This document shows, in pieces, positions 38,564-45,694 of a stretch of 57,716 nucleotides of DNA (position 1 is its first letter; every line of letters starts with the position of its first letter). The position numbers and the translations under genes were made by a program. The stretch spans positions 1 to 57,716 of the forward strand of contig JAUZNW010000002.1 of NCBI GenBank assembly GCA_030706785.1, read 5' to 3'. Origin of the DNA: Bacteroidota bacterium (lineage in GTDB: Bacteria; Bacteroidota; Bacteroidia; Bacteroidales; VadinHA17). Under the pieces are notes generated by a model. That model was not told the DNA's origin, ran no database searches, and saw only the letters and a program-made list of their open reading frames with translations.

Positions 38564-39574
38564 ATGACATATAAAGAGGTAAAGATCTGGCTGAAAGTGC
38601 TGGCATTGGTTTTAGCCGCACCAATTTTTAATTCGTGCAGCAAACCGAGTGATGCGCTGGTTGGGAACTGGGTGCAGTTGTCGGAACTGGACGGATTGCC
38701 TCGGGGTGAGGCCGTAGGATTTGCCATCGGGAACAAAGGATATGTGGGAACAGGATTTGACGGAACTGACAGGCTTAGTGACTTCTGGGAATATGATGCT
38801 ACAAAAAATACCTGGTCTCAAAAAGCTGATTTTCCAGGCGTTGCAAGGAATCTTGCAGCCGGTTTTGCCACTGATACCAAAGGGTATATCGGGACAGGAT
38901 GGGACGGCAAGAACAGGCTAAACGATTTTTATGAATATGATCCAACTTCCAATACCTGGACCAGAAAAGCTGACTTTGCCGGGCAGGAGAGGCGTGCTGC
39001 AATAGCAATTTGCATCAACAATAAAGGTTATCTGGGAACAGGCGACAATGTGAGTTACCTGAAGGACTGGTGGGAATATGATCCGTCAACTGACATATGG
39101 ACCCAGAAAACAAGCATGGGAGGAAACAAACGGGCCTACGCTGCCTGTTTTGTTGTAAGCGGTAAGTGTTATCTCGTAACCGGAGTTGAAAATGGGGCCT
39201 GGCCTTCAGATTTGTGGGAGTACACACCTGGTACCGATTCATGGGCAAAGAAAAGGTCGATTTCCAATACATCAACCGAAACTTATGATGATAAATATAC
39301 AGGCATTGTAGGTCAGGGAAAGGTCGGCTTTGCAGTTAACGGCAAGGGATATCTGGCCACAGGCGGTCAGACTACGGGTACTGACGTATGGGAGTACAAT
39401 CCTGGTACCGATCTGTGGACACAGAAATCAGCCTTTGAAGGAAGCACAAGAACCAGTGCGGTTGGATTCACTATCGGAAACAGGGGTTATGTTACCACAG
39501 GCAGAAGTGCCGGAAACTATTTCGATGACATCTGGGCATTTGATCCGGATGCCGCCCAGAATACGAATGATTAA
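38564..39574 (+). CDS. Kelch-repeat beta-propeller lipoprotein (336 aa)
   Basis: Lipobox APIFNSC-SK. Six repeats of the form KGY(I/V/L)GTG.DG...L.D(F/W)(W/Y)EYDP..(N/D)(T/S/I)W(T/S)(Q/R)K(A/T)(D/S)F. Confidence 0.8.
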   Translation: MTYKEVKIWLKVLALVLAAPIFNSCSKPSDALVGNWVQLSELDGLPRGEAVGFAIGNKGYVGTGFDGTDRLSDFWEYDATKNTWSQKADFPGVARNLAAGFATDTKGYIGTGWDGKNRLNDFYEYDPTSNTWTRKADFAGQERRAAIAICINNKGYLGTGDNVSYLKDWWEYDPSTDIWTQKTSMGGNKRAYAACFVVSGKCYLVTGVENGAWPSDLWEYTPGTDSWAKKRSISNTSTETYDDKYTGIVGQGKVGFAVNGKGYLATGGQTTGTDVWEYNPGTDLWTQKSAFEGSTRTSAVGFTIGNRGYVTTGRSAGNYFDDIWAFDPDAAQNTND

Positions 39575-39893
39575 TAAAAGGAAACTCTTACTTCCTGCCC
39601 TCTTATCAGTGTTGATTCTCAGCGTGATAATCTGCACATCTGGAGGGCATTTTTATAAAGTTAAGATTATTGAAAGCGGTCAGGGCTGGGGCTATGATAT
39701 CCTGGTAAAGAATAAGCCATACATACATCAGCCATATATACCGGTGATTGAAGGGGAAACTCCTTTTCCTGATAAAAAGTCAGCTATGGGAACCGGAAGG
39801 CTGGTCGTAAAAAAGCTCAAGTCGCATAAGATACCTTACATCACAAAGGAGGAACTCGATTCCATATTGAAAAGTTCACCCCCGATCCCCTGA
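39567..39893 (+). CDS. Small membrane-anchored protein (108 aa)
   Basis: The internal Met of track ORF 39330..39893 gives MINKRKLLLPALLSVLILSVIICTSGG. This ATG overlaps the Kelch gene stop as ATGATTAA. Upstream of that Met the ORF overlaps the Kelch gene out of frame. Confidence 0.55.
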   Translation: MINKRKLLLPALLSVLILSVIICTSGGHFYKVKIIESGQGWGYDILVKNKPYIHQPYIPVIEGETPFPDKKSAMGTGRLVVKKLKSHKIPYITKEELDSILKSSPPIP

Positions 39894-39907
39894 AGGGGGC
39901 TTCAAGG

Positions 39908-39957
39908 CTGCAAGACCGCAAGACTGCAAGACCGCAAGACTGCAAGACCGCAAGACT
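39908..39957. repeat. Six tandem 8-mers GCAAGAC(C/T), equivalent to three 16-mers, in a 64-bp convergent gap
   Basis: CTGCAAGACCGCAAGA x3 followed by CT. Direct repeats only, with no hairpin potential. Confidence 0.9.
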
Positions 39958-41130
39958 TCATGGATACAGTAGATACTTCGCTCTTATTTTACCGAACTTC
40001 TTCAGCCCTTCCCTCCATGTTGCCCTGATCTCATCTGAAGTCATCCCATCCCGGATCTGCTCCCTGAGCATTGGTCCGCTTGCAAGCACATCAAAATAAG
40101 AAGTGAAAAATTTATTTTTCTCCGGGTAATTCCTGTAGGCATCAATCACCCAGTCAAGATTGATCTTTGAAGGCGGCATGATTTGATCTTTAAAAGCATT
40201 GCGCAGATCTTTCCCAAAACATTTCTGTCCGATAAACGGAGGATTTTTAGCTCCGGGGACACTTTCGGGAGTAAAGCTGAATCCCGTGTCGGGAAGTTCA
40301 GGAGATCCATAGACCTGGAATGGGAAAGCAGTACCTCTGCCAACGGATATCTTCGTTCCTTCGAAAAAGCAAAGCGACGGGTAAAGATAAACCGAGGTTT
40401 GGTTTGGAAGGTTCGGCGATGGTTTAACCGGTAACTCATAATAAGTTTTATGAGTGTAGTTTGTACACTTAATTACAGTCAGATCACATCTGACCCTGTT
40501 CTTCAGCCATCCTTCTCCGTTCAGCATTTGTGCATATTCGCCAACTGTCATGCCATGTACGACCGGGACCGGATCCAGCCCCACAAATGACCGGTAAAGA
40601 GTATCGGCTATATTCCCGTCAAAATAAAATCCATTGGGATTCGGTCTGTCAAGTACTATACATCTGACATTGTTCTCCGCACAGGCTTCAAGAACATAAT
40701 GAAGTGTGGAAATATAAGTATAGAATCTGGTACCAACATCCTGGATATCAAATATAACAACATCAATACCATTAAGATCTTCCGGGGTGGGCTTTAAGTG
40801 GCTTCCGTAAATGCTAATTAAGGGGATACCGGTTTCAGCGTCCATGCCATTCTCAATTGGCTGGCCTGCATCAGCAAGATCCCTGAAGCCATGTTCCGGA
40901 GCAAATATTGCATTGATTCTGATGCCGAGACTCAGTAGCGTATCCACAAGGTGTGTTTTTCCGACCATTGATGTCTGGTTCGCAATAACTGCGACTCTTT
41001 TACCTTCGATCAGGGATTTATACTGGCTGATCTGGTTTGCGCCAGGAGCCGGATATTCTTTCATCCCGTAACATGCCGTCACAAGAGTAATCGATATTAC
41101 CACTGAAAAGGAATGGATCAGCTTTTTCAT
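39958..41130 (-). CDS. DUF1343-family protein (exo-beta-N-acetylmuramidase NamZ-like), 390 aa
   Basis: Signal/lipoprotein-like N-terminus. Family-typical motifs GKRVAVIANQTS, IFAPEHGFRDLADAG, VVIFDIQDVGTRFYTYISTL and RCIVLDRPNP. Confidence 0.75.
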   Translation of the reverse strand: MKKLIHSFSVVISITLVTACYGMKEYPAPGANQISQYKSLIEGKRVAVIANQTSMVGKTHLVDTLLSLGIRINAIFAPEHGFRDLADAGQPIENGMDAETGIPLISIYGSHLKPTPEDLNGIDVVIFDIQDVGTRFYTYISTLHYVLEACAENNVRCIVLDRPNPNGFYFDGNIADTLYRSFVGLDPVPVVHGMTVGEYAQMLNGEGWLKNRVRCDLTVIKCTNYTHKTYYELPVKPSPNLPNQTSVYLYPSLCFFEGTKISVGRGTAFPFQVYGSPELPDTGFSFTPESVPGAKNPPFIGQKCFGKDLRNAFKDQIMPPSKINLDWVIDAYRNYPEKNKFFTSYFDVLASGPMLREQIRDGMTSDEIRATWREGLKKFGKIRAKYLLYP

Positions 41131-41189
41131 CGTACCTGTGAATTATATGTAAAGCTAAAATTTTTGTCGGAATTAAAAATCAGCTGGTA

Positions 41190-41440
41190 TTAACCCCAGA
41201 GCAAGCTCTGGACTCTTAAACGGTGCAAGCACCGGGGAACCGAACCGACTGCTGGCGGTGAGCTCGGCGAAGCCAATTAACCTTAGCTTCGCGTCCGACG
41301 TCCGCGTTTCGCTGAAGCTTCAGCGGAGGTACAAACTTTACGCGAAGGCGGATTAAACGGAAATTACTGGCGCCGATTTGCAATCGGGGCCATAAGCATC
41401 TGAATCACCCTTTGATCAAGGCATGGATACAAATCCGCGT
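41190..41440. other. G+C-rich, hairpin-dense intergenic island (candidate structured RNA or cluster of REP-like palindromes)
   Basis: Six or more local GC stems: CCAGAGC-AA-GCTCTGG (41196-41211); CGGTGC-AA-GCACCG (41221-41234); GCGAAGC-N12-GCTTCGC (41267-41292); the perfect 16-nt palindrome CGCTGAAGCTTCAGCG (41310-41325); CCGATT-TGC-AATCGG (41373-41387); GGAT-ACAA-ATCC (41425-41436). No ORF of 60 aa or more on either strand. Confidence 0.5.
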
Positions 41441-41472
41441 CAGCGACGACTGTCTGTTCCACGGAGTTTTAT

Positions 41473-41480
41473 TATTTTTG
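41473..41480 (+). promoter_or_regulatory. Candidate -7 promoter box TAttTTTG for the LolC/E-like gene
   Basis: TAnnTTTG match about 16 nt upstream of the ATG at 41497. Confidence 0.3.
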
Positions 41481-41496
41481 GAATATTGATTTACGA

Positions 41497-42741
41497 ATGA
41501 ATCTTCCATATTTCATAGCCCAGAGGCTTATCAAAGGCCGTCGTGAAGGCACTTCATTTTCAAGACCTATCAATGTAATTGCCATTATCGGGATTGCACT
41601 CGGACTGGCAGTTATGATCCTTGCGGTTTCAATACTTACGGGTTTCAAGCAGCAGATCAGGGATAAAATAGTAGGTTTCGGATCAAATATCCAGATACTG
41701 AATTATGATTCCAACCTGTCCCTTGAGACAATCCCGATAAGTGACACACAGCCGTTCATTCCGAAAATAAAAGAGATACCGGGAATAAAACATATCCAGG
41801 TCTTTGCCACAAAGGCAGGTATCATAAAAACCAGTGATGCCATCCAGGGAGTCGTACTGAAAGGTATAGGAAGCGATTTCGACTGGAACTTCTTCAGGAG
41901 CAATATGGTGGATGGTTCTGTCTTTACAGTAACTGATACCGGCAGGACAAACAACGTTATCATATCTAAAAAGATTGCCGATATGCTAAAGCTAAAGACA
42001 GGTGATTCATTTGCAATGTATTTCGTGCAGGATCCCCCGAGAAGCAGGAAGTTCACGATAAGCGGGATATATGAGACCAGCCTCGAGGAATTCGATAAGG
42101 TTTATGTCTTTTGCGACATTGGCCATATCAGGCGGCTTAATGGCTGGACCGATGATCAGGTAAGCGGCTTTGAGGTCTTTATAAATGATTTTGACAGGCT
42201 CGACGAGATGACTCTTGCTGTAAGGGACGTAATCGGTTACAAGCTTCTTGAGGATAAGACACAATTCAAGGTAACAAATATCAGGATCAGGTATCCTCAG
42301 ATCTTTGACTGGCTTAATTTCCAGGATATAAATGTTATAATCATAATAATACTTATGCTGCTTGTGGCAGGCTTCAATATGATCTCAGGGCTCCTTATTC
42401 TTATCCTTGAAAAGACAAATATGATCGGTATTATAAAAGCCCTCGGATCAGAGAATATTACGATAAGGCGGGTATTCCTGTACCAGGCAGCTTATCTCAT
42501 TTCGAAAGGGCTTTTGTGGGGAAATGTGGTCGGGATCGGGCTGGCATATCTTCAGCTTAAGACCGGGCTTGTCACACTGGACCCGACCTCTTATTATATC
42601 AAAACCGTACCGGTGAATCTGAACCTGACACACATTATTCTGCTCAACGTTGGAACGATGATCGCCATCATACTGATGCTTCTTATCCCCTCCCAGCTTA
42701 TCAGCAGGATAATGCCGGTAAAAGCTATCCGGTACGATTAA
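41497..42741 (+). CDS. LolC/LolE-like ABC-transporter permease (FtsX family), 414 aa
   Basis: MNLPYFIAQRLIKG..., TM1, a MacB_PCD-like periplasmic domain, and an FtsX bundle with the ILEKTNMIGIIKALG loop. C-terminus ..PVKAIRYD. Confidence 0.8.
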   Translation: MNLPYFIAQRLIKGRREGTSFSRPINVIAIIGIALGLAVMILAVSILTGFKQQIRDKIVGFGSNIQILNYDSNLSLETIPISDTQPFIPKIKEIPGIKHIQVFATKAGIIKTSDAIQGVVLKGIGSDFDWNFFRSNMVDGSVFTVTDTGRTNNVIISKKIADMLKLKTGDSFAMYFVQDPPRSRKFTISGIYETSLEEFDKVYVFCDIGHIRRLNGWTDDQVSGFEVFINDFDRLDEMTLAVRDVIGYKLLEDKTQFKVTNIRIRYPQIFDWLNFQDINVIIIIILMLLVAGFNMISGLLILILEKTNMIGIIKALGSENITIRRVFLYQAAYLISKGLLWGNVVGIGLAYLQLKTGLVTLDPTSYYIKTVPVNLNLTHIILLNVGTMIAIILMLLIPSQLISRIMPVKAIRYD

Positions 42742-44090
42742 AAAGTGAGGCAAAAAACTGTTTCGATACCCGGTACTGACCGTACTTTCAGATTTCCTCC
42801 GTGCATACGCATTATCTGCCGTGAAATGCTGAGTCCGATCCCGGAACCGCTCTGACGCGTTGTAAAAAATGGTACGAATATCTCGTCAAGGTTTTCCTCG
42901 GGAATCCCCGGGCCGTTGTCAGAAACGCATATTTCAGGATGGCTTTCATTGTCCAGTCCTGCATGGATCATTATGCTTCCTCCCGGATTATTTTCATTTG
43001 ACTCAAGTGCATTCTTGACAAGATTAATCAGGACCTGTGAGATCAGGTTCTGATCAGCATAGATCTGAAGCTCAGAATCTTCCTGGTTAAATGACAATCC
43101 AACCTTCTTGTGCCCCTCAAGAGAGTCATAGAGAATCCTTACCCTGTCGAGGAGCCCTGCAACCTTAAAGAGTTGTCTGTCTGGCTCAGGTATCCCTGTC
43201 AGCTTCCTGTAGGAATCAACAAACGACATCAGTCCCCGCCCCTGTGTCTTTATAACATTCAATCCCTGAAGGGTGGTTGATATGGATTTTGAAGTCAGGT
43301 GGTCAGGTGAAACGGGTTTTCCCTCTCTGGTGTAAATATTTGAAAGGCTTTCCGACAGTGAGGTTATCGGTGTAATTGAATTCATTATTTCATGCATCAG
43401 CACCCTGATGAGCTTCATCCACGATTCAACCTCCTTTTCATCAAGCTCATTTCTTATATCCTGAATGGAAAGTATTGTAAGCTCGTCGTTGCCTGACCTT
43501 AAAGATGTGGCCTTAAGTGCCAGCTGCACTTCGCCCCACTCAGTATCCAGCGGTACAAGCTGCCGGTCTGAGGGTTTGATGTTTTTTACAGCCTGGTATA
43601 ATTTCCTGTCGGTACGCTCAATCTGCTTGATATGAGTAAGTACACCGGCCCTCAGCAGGTTTCTTGCAGGAGTATTTGAGTGAAGGATGAAGCCCCTGTC
43701 ATTGAAAGTTATTATCCCGATTGCCAGATGCTCGATCAAAGCACGGAAATATTGCTCCTGGTTAATGTTGTTAATCTTCAGCTGCTGGATCTGCTGGTTG
43801 ATCCGGTTCATGTTCCGGTAAATTTCCCTGACTATAGCATTCTTCTCATCAACAGGAAATGAAAGATTGGAGTCATCATTTGACACAGACTCAAAGAAGT
43901 ATTTTATCTTTTTATTGGCGGTGTTGATAGATGATATAAGACTTACCGTAATACCTGCCAGGAACAAAAGGCAGATAATGGCAATCCTGACCGACTTCAG
44001 ACTGAAAATAACATAACCAAGCAGGAGAGCCAGGACAACCATAAGAAGGATCCTGATCAATATATTGATATAAAAGTTCCTGCTAATCAT
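42738..44090 (-). CDS. Sensor histidine kinase, NtrB/AtoS-like (450 aa)
   Basis: Two N-terminal TMs, a PAS-like segment, the H-box HEIMNSITPI, and HATPase_c (NLVKNALES, DNGPGIP, GSGIGLSISRQI). It overlaps the response-regulator gene by 8 nt. Confidence 0.85.
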   Translation of the reverse strand: MISRNFYINILIRILLMVVLALLLGYVIFSLKSVRIAIICLLFLAGITVSLISSINTANKKIKYFFESVSNDDSNLSFPVDEKNAIVREIYRNMNRINQQIQQLKINNINQEQYFRALIEHLAIGIITFNDRGFILHSNTPARNLLRAGVLTHIKQIERTDRKLYQAVKNIKPSDRQLVPLDTEWGEVQLALKATSLRSGNDELTILSIQDIRNELDEKEVESWMKLIRVLMHEIMNSITPITSLSESLSNIYTREGKPVSPDHLTSKSISTTLQGLNVIKTQGRGLMSFVDSYRKLTGIPEPDRQLFKVAGLLDRVRILYDSLEGHKKVGLSFNQEDSELQIYADQNLISQVLINLVKNALESNENNPGGSIMIHAGLDNESHPEICVSDNGPGIPEENLDEIFVPFFTTRQSGSGIGLSISRQIMRMHGGNLKVRSVPGIETVFCLTF

Positions 44091-45453
44091 TTTTCAATCT
44101 CCTTAACTTGTTATATAAGGTTTGCCTTGTGATGCCAAGCTGCTCGGCTGCTGCCGTCAGATTTCCGTTATTCCTTTCAAGAGTCTGGCTGATCAGATTC
44201 CGTTCCATCTCTTCGATTGTGGTGGAGGGGGCGGAGATATTTACAGAAGAAGGTTTTAGATAGAGGTCATCAGGTTTTAAAACAGAAGTTTCGCTCAGGA
44301 TAACTGCTTTTTCAATTGTGTGCTGAAGTTCACGTATGTTCCCGGGCCAGGAATATTTCATAAGCTTTTCATGCGATTGCTGATTCATCCTGAGGCCGGG
44401 TTTGTTATACTTGTGCGAGAATCTTTTCAGGAAGAATTCTGCCAGTATTATGACGTCGTTCCCTCTTTCGCGAAGGGAAGGCATCTCAATCTGGATTGTA
44501 TTTATCCTGTAAAGGAGGTCTTCCCTGAATAACCCCTCCCTGACCATGTTTTCGAGGTTCCTGTTGGTCGCACAGATAAGCCTTATGTCTGTCGGAACAG
44601 GTATATTGGATCCGATGCGAATGATCTGACGGTTCTCTATCGCGGAAAGAAGCTTTGCCTGGAGATGCAGTGAAAGGTTGCCGATCTCATCAAGGAAGAG
44701 AGTGCCTTTGTTTGCAATTTCAAATTTTCCCTGCCTGTTTTCATGTGCATCGGTAAATGATCCCTTCACATGACCAAACAACTCGCTTTCGAAAAGTGTT
44801 TCGCTCAGTGACCCGACATCAACGCTTACTAGCACTTCTCCTGTCCTTGCAGATAACCGGTGGATCTCCTGGGCAATGAGTTCCTTCCCCGTACCGTTCT
44901 CACCGGTAATAAGTACGTTTGCATCGGTTTTCGCTACCTTTCGTACAATGTTCAGGACACTCATCAGGCTGGGTGAGGAGCCAATGATGAATTTATGCTC
45001 GCGGCTGATTTCCCTTTTAAGTTCACTCTCCCGTTCCCTCAGGTTCTTAACTTCCTTTTTTGACAGGTTCAGCTGAATGGCCAGCTTTAATGTTGCCAGC
45101 AGTTTTTCATTGTCCCATGGCTTCAGTATAAAATCTGAAGCTCCGGCTTTCAGCGCCTTAACCGCAAGGTCGATATCTCCATAGGCTGTGATCATCACGA
45201 CAGGCACATCCGGGTCTGTTTCCCTGATCCTGCCGAGCCAGTAAAGACCCTCATTGCCGGTATTTAATCCCGCCTTGAAATTCATATCGAGGATAACCAC
45301 ATTGTAGTCCTTCTTTTGAAGTTCCGATAATAACCGGCCCGGATCGGGTAATGTCATAACATTCTGAAACTGGGGAGAAAGCAGGATCTCAAGTGCACTT
45401 AAAATGCTTTCATTATCGTCGACAATAAGAATATTTCCCGGATTTGCAGCCAT
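44083..45453 (-). CDS. Sigma-54-dependent response regulator (NtrC family enhancer-binding protein), 456 aa
   Basis: Receiver domain (VDDN, VILDMNF), AAA+ sigma-54 interaction domain (GENGTGKE Walker A, FLDEIG Walker B, ESELFGHVKGSFTDA loop) and a C-terminal Fis-type HTH (AAEQLGITRQTLYNKL). Confidence 0.9.
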   Translation of the reverse strand: MAANPGNILIVDDNESILSALEILLSPQFQNVMTLPDPGRLLSELQKKDYNVVILDMNFKAGLNTGNEGLYWLGRIRETDPDVPVVMITAYGDIDLAVKALKAGASDFILKPWDNEKLLATLKLAIQLNLSKKEVKNLRERESELKREISREHKFIIGSSPSLMSVLNIVRKVAKTDANVLITGENGTGKELIAQEIHRLSARTGEVLVSVDVGSLSETLFESELFGHVKGSFTDAHENRQGKFEIANKGTLFLDEIGNLSLHLQAKLLSAIENRQIIRIGSNIPVPTDIRLICATNRNLENMVREGLFREDLLYRINTIQIEMPSLRERGNDVIILAEFFLKRFSHKYNKPGLRMNQQSHEKLMKYSWPGNIRELQHTIEKAVILSETSVLKPDDLYLKPSSVNISAPSTTIEEMERNLISQTLERNNGNLTAAAEQLGITRQTLYNKLRRLKND

Positions 45454-45694
45454 GTTATATTTTTAAACACGGAGTAACAATGAGTTATGACGGAGTTACA
45501 CTGTGTCCTTTTTTCTGTGGACTCTGTGTAACCTCTGTGGTAAATTAAGTCATTTAAAGCATAAGGTAAATAAAACGTAAAATTATTTTACTATTTAATG
45601 TAAAAAATATTTACCAAGTTACGATGATTAAATGTATAAAAACTTGTATTTCAACTATTTAATTTTATGGCATACTTATAGTAGATTATTTGCT

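Noticed and set aside
39908-39957. Possible CRISPR array, or mini-arrays at the other tandem-word loci.
   Set aside because: The repeat units are 8-16 nt with no spacers, and there are no cas genes. These are microsatellite-like tandem repeats.
41368-41382. Sigma-54-like promoter TGGCGC-CGAT-TTGCA upstream of the LolC/E-like gene.
   Set aside because: The GG-to-GC spacing is 9 nt rather than the strictly required 10, and the site lies inside one of the island's hairpins (CCGATT-TGC-AATCGG).
41385-41455. TPP-riboswitch-like string: GGGGCC..CTGAATCACCCTTTGATCAAGGCATGGATACAAATCCGCGTCAGCGA compared with the consensus CTGAGA..ACCC..CCTGATCTGGATAATGCCAGCGTAGGGA.
   Set aside because: The key conserved elements (CTGAGA, CCTGATC pairing with AGGGA) are not preserved, the P4/P5 pairing does not close, and neither flanking gene relates to thiamine.
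41170-41480. Could the GC-rich island be tmRNA or RNase P RNA? The minus strand reads CAGACAGTCGTCGCTGACG, which resembles the 5' P1/P2 region of RNase P RNA. GTAATTTCC..TTTAATCC resembles a stretch of Bacteroides tmRNA as I recall it.
   Set aside because: The universally conserved RNase P CR-I and CR-V motifs (GAGGAAAGTCCGG, ACAGAANCCGGCTTA) are absent on both strands. There is no GGGG...TCCACCA acceptor or T-arm and no tag reading frame ending in ..ALAA. The 366-bp spacer is also short for either RNA. The similarities are short enough to be chance.
45667-45682. Sigma-54-like -24 element TGGCATACTTATAGTA just upstream of the first tandem permease.
   Set aside because: The -12 position reads GT, not GC. 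The TTGC element is displaced. The site would place the transcription start within a few nt of the ATG at 45695.
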